Assembly (NCBI GenBank): GCA_044869275.1
Contig: JBIOXB010000117.1
Coordinates: forward strand, 1-35,617
From: a bacterium
GTDB lineage: Bacteria; Zhuqueibacterota; Zhuqueibacteria; Zhuqueibacterales; Zhuqueibacteraceae
Direction of reading: 5' to 3'
DNA length: 35,617 nt
Below are positions 18,414 to 26,810 of the stretch, piece by piece; the stretch's first letter is position 1; each line of letters opens with the position of its first letter. The notes under the pieces are model-generated. The model was not told where the DNA came from, ran no database searches, and saw nothing but the letters and a program-made list of their open reading frames with translations. The translations under genes and the position numbers were made by a program.

Positions 18414-19409
18414 ATGAAATATCGCAGACTAGGAAAATCCGAGGCCCAAGTATCGGCCTTGGGCTTGGGATGCATGGGAATGTCGGATTTTTATGGCGGG
18501 CGGAAGACGAACGATGCGGAAAGCGTGGCAACTATCCGGCGCGCGCTCGAGCTCGGTGTAAATTTTCTCGACAGCGGCGACTATTACGGCGTCGGGCACA
18601 ACGAAGAGCTTATCCGTGAAGCCATGAGAGGCTTTCCGCGTGAGCGCGTTTTTATTGCGATCAAGTTTGGCGGCCTGCGCAATCATGACGGCAATTTCAT
18701 CGGCTTTGACACCCGGCCCCTGGCCATTAGAAACTATTTGTCCTACAGCCTGCAACGCTTGCGCGTTGACTATATTGATCTCTACTACCCGGGTCGCGTT
18801 GACCCGAACGTGCCAATTGAAGAGACCGTGGGAACACTTGGGGAGCTTGCAAAGGAGGGCAAGATCCGTTACCTCGGTCTGTCCGAAGCAGGACCGGCAA
18901 CGCTTCGCCGCGCCTCCGCGACCCATCCCATTGCCATGCTCCAAACCGAGTACAGCCTGTGGACACGCGAGCCTGAAACCGACGTCCTGCCTGTTTGCCG
19001 CGAGCTGGGTATCAGTTTGGTGGCTTACTCCCCGCTCGGACGCGGTTTTTTGACCGGCGCCTTTCAGAAACCGGAGGACTTTGCGCCCAATGATTTTCGC
19101 CGCCACATGCCACGTTTTCAAGGGGACAATTTTGAACGCAATTTACGGCTGGTTGAAAAGGTCAAGCAAATCGCCGACGAAAAGAACTGTACGCCGGCGC
19201 AACTTGCTCTCGCATGGCTGCTGGCCCAGGGCGAGGACATCGTGCCGATTCCGGGGACCAAGCGCCGTGAACGGCTCGAAGAGAATGTGCAGGCTGTGGG
19301 CATTGAGTTGAGCGCCGCCGATTTGCGCCGCATCCAGGAGGTTGCGCCGCTTGGAGCCGCCGCCGGCACGCGCTATCCCGAAGCGATCATGCACACGGTT
19401 AATCGCTAA
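18414..19409 (+). CDS. Aldo/keto reductase
   Basis: [36 protein letters not shown] and PIPGTKR. Confidence 0.94.
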   Translation: MKYRRLGKSEAQVSALGLGCMGMSDFYGGRKTNDAESVATIRRALELGVNFLDSGDYYGVGHNEELIREAMRGFPRERVFIAIKFGGLRNHDGNFIGFDTRPLAIRNYLSYSLQRLRVDYIDLYYPGRVDPNVPIEETVGTLGELAKEGKIRYLGLSEAGPATLRRASATHPIAMLQTEYSLWTREPETDVLPVCRELGISLVAYSPLGRGFLTGAFQKPEDFAPNDFRRHMPRFQGDNFERNLRLVEKVKQIADEKNCTPAQLALAWLLAQGEDIVPIPGTKRRERLEENVQAVGIELSAADLRRIQEVAPLGAAAGTRYPEAIMHTVNR

Positions 19410-19427
19410 TCGAGTACAAGTCAGCCA

Positions 19428-19492
19428 TTCGTAAAATACGCATTACGTATTATGTTTTACGCCTTACTAACGCAATGCGTAATTCGTAATTC
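19428..19492. repeat. Degenerate inverted heptamer array (CGTAA-/TTACG-type)
   Basis: cgtaaaa tacgcat tacgtat tatgttt tacg ... tgcgtaa ttcgtaa ttc. Confidence 0.6.
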
Positions 19493-19508
19493 AACTTAAA
19501 AGCATGGC

Positions 19509-20249
19509 ATGAGCACCAATAACCAGCAATACTATCTCCGCTGGACCCGCAGCGAGCGCTATCAGCATTGGATTCTCGCGATCAGTTTTATCATTCTCGC
19601 GATTACGGGCTTTGCGTTGAAATACCCTGAAGCGGCGTGGGTGCAGCCGCTGTTGATTTTTGAAGGGAATTTTGCTTTGCGCGGATGGATACATCGCATT
19701 GCTGCTCTCACGCTCGTTGGTTTGAGTATTCATCACGTTGGCTACATGCTGCTGATGGCACGCGGGCGAACCTTGCTCAAGGCGCTGGCACCAACGCGGC
19801 AGGACTACGTCGATTTCATAGATAATGCTCGTTTCCTGCTCCATCGGCGCGAAGCGCCGCCGGAGTTTGATCATTTCTCCTACATGGAGAAGTTAGAGTA
19901 TTGGGCCTTGGTGTGGGGCACGGTAGTGATGGCAGTGACCGGTTTTTTGTTGTGGTTTGAAAACTTGGCGCTGAGGGTTTTTCCGTTGTGGATGATGGAA
20001 GTGTTCACCGTGATTCATTTGTACGAAGCATGGCTGGCGACATTGGCGATCTTGGTCTGGCATTTTTATGCGGTGGTCTTCAATCCGGAGATTTATCCGC
20101 TCAATCAGAGCATGATCGACGGCAAGATGTCCGAGCACGAGATGGAAAGAGAGCACGGCAGGGAACTGGCGCAGCTAAGGGCGAAGGCAGAAGAAGCGAC
20201 GGAAGAAATGACTCAAGTCGCGGCAGAGGATGAGCCGGTGGTGAGGTGA
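19509..20249 (+). CDS. FdnI/HydC-like diheme cytochrome b (b-domain of a split CbcL-like protein)
   Basis: R..HW, WIHR, FSYMEKLEYWALVWG and VIHLYEAWLATLAILVWHFY; clearly homologous to the C-terminus of 21012-23789. Confidence 0.88.
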   Translation: MSTNNQQYYLRWTRSERYQHWILAISFIILAITGFALKYPEAAWVQPLLIFEGNFALRGWIHRIAALTLVGLSIHHVGYMLLMARGRTLLKALAPTRQDYVDFIDNARFLLHRREAPPEFDHFSYMEKLEYWALVWGTVVMAVTGFLLWFENLALRVFPLWMMEVFTVIHLYEAWLATLAILVWHFYAVVFNPEIYPLNQSMIDGKMSEHEMEREHGRELAQLRAKAEEATEEMTQVAAEDEPVVR

Positions 20250-20339
20250 GGTTTTCTGTCTCATGGTAAGGAGGCAACGCCAAAGCATTTTTCGTTGCAT
20301 GCCAGGTTTGATGCAAAACTGACGTAGCAATCTACTCGA

Positions 20340-20630
20340 CTAAGCTGCAGCAAGTTGACGGGCGTGAAGAATGTCTTTTCTGGTCGTCGCACGAAGGAGA
20401 GCCGCTGGCACGGAGACAACCGCAAGCGTTTCACCGTTGCCGGCAAAGAACTCAACTTCGTATCCTTCCGGATAGCGATCGGTTGCCGGATGGTATTCGA
20501 CGACCGTTCCCATATCGCCAGCCAGGAGGTTTCCTTCTGGAAGGTCTGCAACAAGAACAACTCGTGAAAAAAATGGAAAAGTCTTTGATGAGAGCTTCAC
20601 AACAATTCCCCTCACTGGATTTTGATTCAT
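20340..20630 (-). CDS. DUF4926 domain protein
   Basis: VVLVADLPE.NL.AGDMGTVVE...GYEVEFF...GETLAVVSV...L; start uncertain. Confidence 0.75.
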   Translation of the reverse strand: MNQNPVRGIVVKLSSKTFPFFSRVVLVADLPEGNLLAGDMGTVVEYHPATDRYPEGYEVEFFAGNGETLAVVSVPAALLRATTRKDILHARQLAAA

Positions 20631-20698
20631 GCTTTCGTAGTATAAAAAATACGGGTCTAGTTATTGAGAAGCAATAGACTTTTTTGATTTCACAAGCT

Positions 20699-20848
20699 AT
20701 GAACAACCAGCAACAAACTCTTTATCTCCGCCGGACGTCCGCCGACGTACAAAGTGTGGCTGGCAACGTTGGCAATATTGGTCTGGCATCAGTATGTGGT
20801 GCTGTTGAATCCGGAGATTTATCCGCTCCATCAGAGCATGATCGCCGG
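20699..20848 (+). pseudogene. Internally deleted relic copy of the 19509-20249 cytochrome b gene
   Basis: 5' piece MNNQQQTLYLRRT matches MSTNNQQYYLRWT; joined out of frame to YKVWLATLAILVWHQYVVLLNPEIYPLHQSMIAG, which matches YEAWLATLAILVWHFYAVVFNPEIYPLNQSMIDG. Confidence 0.85.
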
Positions 20849-20856
20849 AATAGCGT

Positions 20857-20911
20857 ACATTCGCGTTCATGAGCGGTTTCAAAAACGGGCAAGTTATTCA
20901 AACGGCGATCC
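20857..20911. repeat. Right arm of the ~55-bp inverted repeat (partner 16928-16981)
   Basis: acattcgcgttcatgagcggtttcaaaaacgggcaagttattcaaacggcgatcc. Confidence 0.85.
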
Positions 20912-20925
20912 TAAATGCAAGTGAC

Positions 20926-20939
20926 TTGACTTCGATCAA
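20926..20939. promoter_or_regulatory. FNR/CRP-family-like box TTGAC-N4-ATCAA
   Basis: One mismatch to TTGAT-N4-ATCAA; about 70 bp upstream of the 19-heme gene. Confidence 0.4.
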
Positions 20940-21011
20940 CCCCGTCAGCGGAGCCGCCACGGCCGCCCCGCGATACGTCGAAGTCCCGAATGATCTCGCG
21001 CAGGTGGATGG

Positions 21012-23789
21012 ATGAAATCACGCCGCATGGTGATCGCGCTCTTGGTTTTGACCGCATTCGGCATTTTATCGGCTCAAACCAACGAAGCCTGCCTCGAATG
21101 TCACTCCGATCCCAGCTTCACCACCGAACGAGGCGGCCGGCAAGTTTCGCTCTTTGTGGACATGAAGGTGTTGAGCAAATCAATCCACAAAGAAGTGGAG
21201 TGTGTTTCCTGCCACCTCGACGCGGCGGTGGAGGAGTTTCCCCATCCGGAAAAACTCGCGCGGGTAAACTGCGCAAACTGCCATGACGAAGTCCAGCTCG
21301 ATTTCGATGCCAGCATTCACGGCCAGGCCTTGAATCGCAAAGCAGCTTATGCGCCAACGTGCTCGGAATGCCATGGCACGCATGAGGTCCTGGCTGCAAG
21401 CCTGCCGGAATCACCCACCTTCAAAATGAATATTCCCTATTTGTGCGGCAAATGCCACCGCGAAGGTGCGCCCGTGGCAAATGTCTACAACATCTCCGAG
21501 CACAACATTCTTGAAAATTACAGCGAAAGTATTCACGGCGTCGGCCTCTTCAAAAAAGGTTTGATCGTTTCGGCCACCTGCAACGATTGCCACAGCAGCC
21601 ATAAGATTCTGCCGCACACGGTTCCCAGTTCGACGATTTCCTTGCACAACGTGGCGAAGACTTGCATGAAATGCCACAGCCGCATCGAACAAGTGCATCA
21701 GAAAATTATTCGCGGGGAATTGTGGGAGAAACGGCCGGGCGCCATTCCGTCTTGCACCGATTGCCATCAACCCCATATCCTGCGGCGCGGTTCGTTGGTG
21801 CTCAACATCGACGACCGCGATTGCATGAAATGTCACGAAAAGGACGAGGTCCACAAGATCGTCGACGGGAAATCGGCTTCGATGTTCGTCAGCAAACGGG
21901 AAATCGAAAATTCGGTACACAGAAACATTCCGTGCGTCAAATGTCATGCCGATGTGAATCCGAAGTTGTCTCGTCCCTGTGAGCCGGCGGGCCAGGTGGA
22001 TTGCTCCAACTGTCACGTTAAAATGGCCGAAGAATACGCGCAGAGCGGGCATGGGCAGGCGCACTTTGAGAAAAAAAATGACGCCCCGTATTGCACCACC
22101 TGTCATGGCAATGGGCACACCACGAAGTCGCGTTTGGATGAATCGTCGCCCACTTACCGTGCGTCGATTCCGGCCCTGTGCGGTGATTGCCACAAAAAAG
22201 GCGGCAAAGCCGAGCAGGTTCCCGGCCTCGCCGAAACCAATGTGTTTTACGACTATTCCTTGAGCGTACACGGCAAAGGTCTGGTTGAAAAAGGCCTGTT
22301 GCCCATTGCGATTTGCACGGATTGCCACAACTCGCATTTTGTGTTGAAGCACACGGATGAGCGTTCGTCGATCAATCCGAAAAATATTCCGGCCACCTGC
22401 GCCAACTGCCATCGTGGCATTTACAAAGATTTTATCAAAAGCGTGCATTATGCCGGCGATGGCAACGGCGAAAAAAAGTTGCCGACGTGCATGGATTGCC
22501 ACACGGCGCACGGCATCTCGCGGGTTGAGCAAGACGCGTTCATGAATGAAGTCACGCAGCAATGCGGTTCCTGCCACAAGGAATTGGCGGAAACTTATTT
22601 CGACACCATGCATGGCAAGGCCTATCGCCTGGGTTACTTGAAGGCGGCCAAATGCTCGGATTGCCACGGCGCGCATGCGATTGTGAATGTCAACAATCCC
22701 AATTCCTCCGTCGGTCTCAGCAACGTGGTCGCCACTTGCCAGAAATGCCATGTGGACGCCAATCGCCGCTTCACCGGCTACCTAACGCACGCCACGCATC
22801 ACGATAAGGTCAAATATCCCATTTTGTTTTATACCTATTGGGGCATGACCTCCCTGCTCGTCACCGTCTTTGGATTTTTCGGCGTACATACCTTGCTGTG
22901 GCTGCCGCGATCTTTCAAAGCTTTCCGTGAAAGAACAAAGCAATCCCAGGAGCACGAAGGTCGATACTACATTCGACGATTCACGCCGGCGCAGCGCCTC
23001 ATGCATCTCTTCGTCATCATCAGTTTCATGTCGCTGGCATTGACCGGCATGATGCTGAAGTTTTCCAGCATGGCTTGGGCCGGATTCGTTGCAAATCTGC
23101 TCGGCGGCGTGGCGGTGGCGGGCAAGATCCATCGTTTCGCTGCGATCATTACCTTCGGCTATTTCTTTTATCATCTGTACACATTGATCCGGAACAAGCG
23201 CCGGCAACGTCAGAGCTGGCGCCAGTTCGTTTTTGATGCCAAATCCCTATGGTTCACCCAGCAAGATATGAAAGACTTTGCCGCCACCATCAAGTGGTTT
23301 CTGGGCAAGGGGGAGCGGCCGGCTTATGGGCGGTGGACGTATTGGGAAAAGTTCGATTACTTGGCGGTCTTCTGGGGTGTCGCGATCATCGGCGCTTCCG
23401 GCTTGATGTTGTGGTTCCCCGAATTCTTCACCCGGCTTTTGCCGGGCTGGCTGATCAACGTCGCCACGATCATTCACAGCGATGAAGCTTTGTTGGCGGT
23501 GGGCTTCATCTTCACCATACACTTCTTCAACACGCATCTGCGCCCGGAAACCTTCCCCATGGACAAAGTGATTTTCACGGGTGTTACGCCGGTGGAGGAA
23601 TACAAAGCTTTGCGGCCGCGTGAATATGAGGAATTGAAAGCGAGCGGCGAGCTGCGTAAAGTACTGGTCACCAAGACCCTCTCACCAAAATGGGAGAAGG
23701 CCATTCATGCGTTCGGGTTTTTCTTCCTGAGCCTGGGCGTCATCCTGATTGGGTTGATTATTTATTCCGTGTTGTTTGGCTACAAATAA
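21012..23789 (+). CDS. CbcL-like fusion: 19-heme periplasmic cytochrome c plus FdnI-like cytochrome b
   Basis: Signal peptide; 19 CxxCH; then TM helices with RLMH, KIHR, WTYWEKFDY and IIHSDEALLAVGFIFTIHFFN. Confidence 0.9.
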   Translation: MKSRRMVIALLVLTAFGILSAQTNEACLECHSDPSFTTERGGRQVSLFVDMKVLSKSIHKEVECVSCHLDAAVEEFPHPEKLARVNCANCHDEVQLDFDASIHGQALNRKAAYAPTCSECHGTHEVLAASLPESPTFKMNIPYLCGKCHREGAPVANVYNISEHNILENYSESIHGVGLFKKGLIVSATCNDCHSSHKILPHTVPSSTISLHNVAKTCMKCHSRIEQVHQKIIRGELWEKRPGAIPSCTDCHQPHILRRGSLVLNIDDRDCMKCHEKDEVHKIVDGKSASMFVSKREIENSVHRNIPCVKCHADVNPKLSRPCEPAGQVDCSNCHVKMAEEYAQSGHGQAHFEKKNDAPYCTTCHGNGHTTKSRLDESSPTYRASIPALCGDCHKKGGKAEQVPGLAETNVFYDYSLSVHGKGLVEKGLLPIAICTDCHNSHFVLKHTDERSSINPKNIPATCANCHRGIYKDFIKSVHYAGDGNGEKKLPTCMDCHTAHGISRVEQDAFMNEVTQQCGSCHKELAETYFDTMHGKAYRLGYLKAAKCSDCHGAHAIVNVNNPNSSVGLSNVVATCQKCHVDANRRFTGYLTHATHHDKVKYPILFYTYWGMTSLLVTVFGFFGVHTLLWLPRSFKAFRERTKQSQEHEGRYYIRRFTPAQRLMHLFVIISFMSLALTGMMLKFSSMAWAGFVANLLGGVAVAGKIHRFAAIITFGYFFYHLYTLIRNKRRQRQSWRQFVFDAKSLWFTQQDMKDFAATIKWFLGKGERPAYGRWTYWEKFDYLAVFWGVAIIGASGLMLWFPEFFTRLLPGWLINVATIIHSDEALLAVGFIFTIHFFNTHLRPETFPMDKVIFTGVTPVEEYKALRPREYEELKASGELRKVLVTKTLSPKWEKAIHAFGFFFLSLGVILIGLIIYSVLFGYK

Positions 23790-23805
23790 TACTCGGGAGC
23801 TGGCG

Positions 23806-24252
23806 ATGGTCAAAAAAACTGAGGGCATGAGCCGCCGTTCGTTCATCGACTACTTTCTGGGCGGGGGCGTGTTGGGGCTGGTCGGCGCGATTTTTCTTCC
23901 CGTGATCAAATACATCATGCCGCCGGCGATTCCGCAGGCGGTGCAAAATGATGTGGTGGCTGCGAAAGTCGGTGAGCTTGCGCCCAACTCCGGCAAGGTT
24001 TTCCGCTTCGGCAACAAGCCCGGCGTTCTGGTGCACACGCCTGAGGGCGACTATCGCGCCTTCTCAGCGGTGTGCACGCATCTGCAATGCACCGTGCAGT
24101 ATCGCAATGATTTCAAGCATATTTGGTGCGCCTGCCACAACGGCCATTTTGATCTGGCCGGACGCAACCTCGAAGGGCCGCCACCACGGCCACTGGAGGA
24201 GTTCCGCGTCGAAATTCGCGGCGACGACGTTGTTGCTATCCGGCAAATATGA
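23806..24252 (+). CDS. Rieske [2Fe-2S] protein, Tat-exported
   Basis: SRRSF twin-arginine motif with TM helix; CTHLQC, CACHNG and GPPPRPL. Confidence 0.93.
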   Translation: MVKKTEGMSRRSFIDYFLGGGVLGLVGAIFLPVIKYIMPPAIPQAVQNDVVAAKVGELAPNSGKVFRFGNKPGVLVHTPEGDYRAFSAVCTHLQCTVQYRNDFKHIWCACHNGHFDLAGRNLEGPPPRPLEEFRVEIRGDDVVAIRQI

Positions 24253-24265
24253 TAGGAATAGCCCC

Positions 24266-25351
24266 ATGGCCATACCATCTGAAAAGAAGAGCTTCTGGCG
24301 CGAGCGTTTCCCGATTGACGCCATTGCGCACTTTTTTACCAAAAAGACCGTGCCTATGCACCGCCACACGATCTGGTACTACCTCGGTGGCATGACGCTT
24401 TTCTTCTTTATGGTGCAGGTGGGCACGGGAATTCTGTTATTGCTTTACTATCGCCCCACCGCCGAGGCCGCATTTGAGAGCGTGCAATTCATCATGACCA
24501 AAGTGCAATTCGGCTGGCTCATTCGTTCGATTCACAGCTGGTCCGCCAACTTGATGGTCGGCGCTGCCATGATTCACATGTTCAGTGTTTTTTTCATGAA
24601 GGCGTATCGTAATCCCAGAGAGATGACCTGGCTCTCGGGCGTAGTGCTCTTTTTTCTGACGCTCGGTTTCGGATTCAGCGGCTATCTTTTGCCCTGGAAC
24701 ACGCTCGCATATTTTGCCACCAAGGTTGGCACTGAAATCGCGTCCGTCATTCCTATTGTCGGTGACGATATTCTGATCTTTTTGCGCGGGGGGGAAGAAG
24801 TGACCGGGGCCACACTGACGCGTTTCTTTGGCATTCACGTCGCAGTGCTGCCCATGCTGGCGGCGGCGCTATTGGTCTTACATCTGCTGCTCGTGCAAGT
24901 GCAAGGCATGAGTGTGCCGCCTGCGCAGCGCGAGAATTCCGCCAAGCAAAAACCCATGCCGTTCTTTCCTCATTTTTTGCTGCGGGATCTTTTGGGCTGG
25001 CTGGTCGCCCTCGGCGTGCTGGCGGCACTGGCGGCGCTCTTTCCCTGGGAGCTCGGTGAGAAGGCGGATCCGTTCGCCCCAGCGCCACCGGGTATCCGGC
25101 CGGAGTGGTATTTTCTCTTCATGTTTCAAACGCTCAAGTACATTCCCGCGAAGGTCTTGTTTATCGACGGCGAGGTGTTGGGCATCATCGGATTTGGTCT
25201 GATTGCCCTGTTCTGGATATTGGTGCCCTTTGTTGACCGTCGCCCCGATGAACCCCGCAGTACGCGGTGGTTTACGGCCTTCGGCTGGGCGGCTATTGCC
25301 TTCATTATCTTCATGTCGCTGATTGCCTATGTCATACCACAAACATTCTAA
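24266..25351 (+). CDS. Cytochrome b of a Rieske/cytb complex (b6-like plus subunit IV, fused)
   Basis: YYLGG, RSIHSW...MIHM, GYLLPW, FGIH...VLH and the PEWY Qo motif. Confidence 0.93.
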   Translation: MAIPSEKKSFWRERFPIDAIAHFFTKKTVPMHRHTIWYYLGGMTLFFFMVQVGTGILLLLYYRPTAEAAFESVQFIMTKVQFGWLIRSIHSWSANLMVGAAMIHMFSVFFMKAYRNPREMTWLSGVVLFFLTLGFGFSGYLLPWNTLAYFATKVGTEIASVIPIVGDDILIFLRGGEEVTGATLTRFFGIHVAVLPMLAAALLVLHLLLVQVQGMSVPPAQRENSAKQKPMPFFPHFLLRDLLGWLVALGVLAALAALFPWELGEKADPFAPAPPGIRPEWYFLFMFQTLKYIPAKVLFIDGEVLGIIGFGLIALFWILVPFVDRRPDEPRSTRWFTAFGWAAIAFIIFMSLIAYVIPQTF

Positions 25352-25490
25352 TGCGCAGAGAGCATGGCGCATGGCGCATGGCGCGAGATGCATGGCGCAA
25401 AGCGCATGGCGCATGGCGCATGTTGCCTGGAAACGCTATGCGCTATGCGCTGTGCTCTATGCTCTCTGCTCTATGCCCTCTGCCCTCGCG
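25351..25490. repeat. Inverted heptamer array (TGGCGCA)n ... (TGCGCTA/TGCTCTA)n overlapping the 5' end of the next gene
   Basis: About ten TGGCGCA-like units followed by about seven complementary units. Confidence 0.9.
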
Positions 25491-26696
25491 CAGACCTCCC
25501 AAGAAAGCAGTTGCATCACCTGTCATAAACAGCTTGACGGCGAGCTGGCGGCGGCGGTGACCGCGTGGAGTACCGATATCCACGCGCACAGTGGTTTGGG
25601 CTGTGAAAGCTGCCACGGTGGCAATCCTAGCCCGGCGGTGTCCGAGGATCCAGAAGCAGCGATGAGCCGTGCCGCCGGTTATCTCGGTAAACCGGCACGC
25701 AAAAGTATTCCTCTGCTTTGTGGAAAATGCCACAGCGATCCGGCGTTGATAAAGAAGTTCAATCCGGCGCTGCCGACGGATCAGCTCGCGGCCTATCGCA
25801 CCAGCCAGCACGGCCAGCGTTTGTTCCAAAACGGCGACGAGAAAGTGGCCGTCTGCAGTGATTGCCATGGCAATCATGGCATCCTGGCGGCGAATGACTC
25901 GCGTTCCTCGGTTTATCCGCTGAACGTGCCCGGCACATGCGGCCGCTGCCACGGCAATGCCGAATACATGGCCGGGTATCCCATCAGTACCGACCAAGTC
26001 GCCGACTACGAAGCTGGCGTGCACGGCATCGCTTTGTTGCGCAAGCGCGATGTCGCGGCGCCGGCTTGCAACGATTGTCACGGCAATCACGGTGCGATTC
26101 CGCCGGAGGTGAAATCTGTGGCGCACGTTTGCGGCCGCTGCCATCTCAACAATGCGGATTTGTTTGCGTCCAGCCCGCATGCCAAAGCCTACGAAGAAAT
26201 GGGCTTGGCGCAATGTGAAGCGTGCCACGGCAATCACAAGATCGCCGCGCCGAAGGATGAAGGCCTCAACCCGGCCGGTGGCGAATTCGCCTGCGCGCAG
26301 TGCCACGAGCCGGAGAGCGCAGGCTGGAAAAATGGCGCCGAGATGTTTGTTGTTCTCACCGAGATGAAATCCAAGATTCATCTGGCCGACAGCCTGGTGC
26401 GTCGCGCCGAGCGCGCCGGCATGGAAGTGAGCGAAGCCAAATTCATCATCTCTTCCTCGGATGACGAGCTCATCAAGGCGCGCACGCAGATTCACAATTT
26501 TCGCGCCGCCATTCTGCGTGAACGGGCACAGGCGGGGGTCGGACTGGCCACGCAGGCCGTGGCGCTCGGGCGCGCCGCTCTCACCGAGCTGCAATTCCGG
26601 CGCAAAGGCTTGGCGGTGTCGATGATCATTATTTTTGCGGTCGCGGCCGCATTATATGTCAAGATTCGGCAAAAGGATCAGGAGTGGAGAAGGTAG
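25413..26696 (+). CDS. 9-heme cytochrome c with C-terminal membrane anchor (probable acceptor of the Rieske/cytb complex)
   Basis: 9 CxxCH; signal peptide KRYALCAVLYALCSMPSALA-Q; C-terminal TM; start ambiguous (in-frame ATG at 25329, 25371, 25392 or 25413). Confidence 0.85.
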   Translation: MAHVAWKRYALCAVLYALCSMPSALAQTSQESSCITCHKQLDGELAAAVTAWSTDIHAHSGLGCESCHGGNPSPAVSEDPEAAMSRAAGYLGKPARKSIPLLCGKCHSDPALIKKFNPALPTDQLAAYRTSQHGQRLFQNGDEKVAVCSDCHGNHGILAANDSRSSVYPLNVPGTCGRCHGNAEYMAGYPISTDQVADYEAGVHGIALLRKRDVAAPACNDCHGNHGAIPPEVKSVAHVCGRCHLNNADLFASSPHAKAYEEMGLAQCEACHGNHKIAAPKDEGLNPAGGEFACAQCHEPESAGWKNGAEMFVVLTEMKSKIHLADSLVRRAERAGMEVSEAKFIISSSDDELIKARTQIHNFRAAILRERAQAGVGLATQAVALGRAALTELQFRRKGLAVSMIIIFAVAAALYVKIRQKDQEWRR

Positions 26697-26795
26697 AAGA
26701 TAGTAGATAGTAGATAGTGGATAGATGGGTTGAAGATTGCGGGCTGCGGTGTTCCGGGCTCGATTTTCCATCTTCAATCTTCTATGTTCAATTTC
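26692..26795. repeat. Inverted heptamer array (TAGATAG versus CCATCTT/CAATCTT)
   Basis: aagatag tagatag tagatag tggatag ... cgatttt ccatctt caatctt ctatgtt caattt. Confidence 0.7.
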
Positions 26796-26810
26796 GGAAC
26801 GCGGTGACAT

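Noticed and set aside
16928..20911. Autonomous IS, transposon or integron cassette call for the IR-bounded segments
   Set aside because: No transposase, integrase or recombinase ORF, and no clear target-site duplication or attC structure was seen
21411..22751. 446-aa minus-strand ORF, and the similar 25443-26594 ORF
   Set aside because: Shadows of multiheme genes; the repeated MAVGA/VAI words are reverse-complemented CxxCH codons
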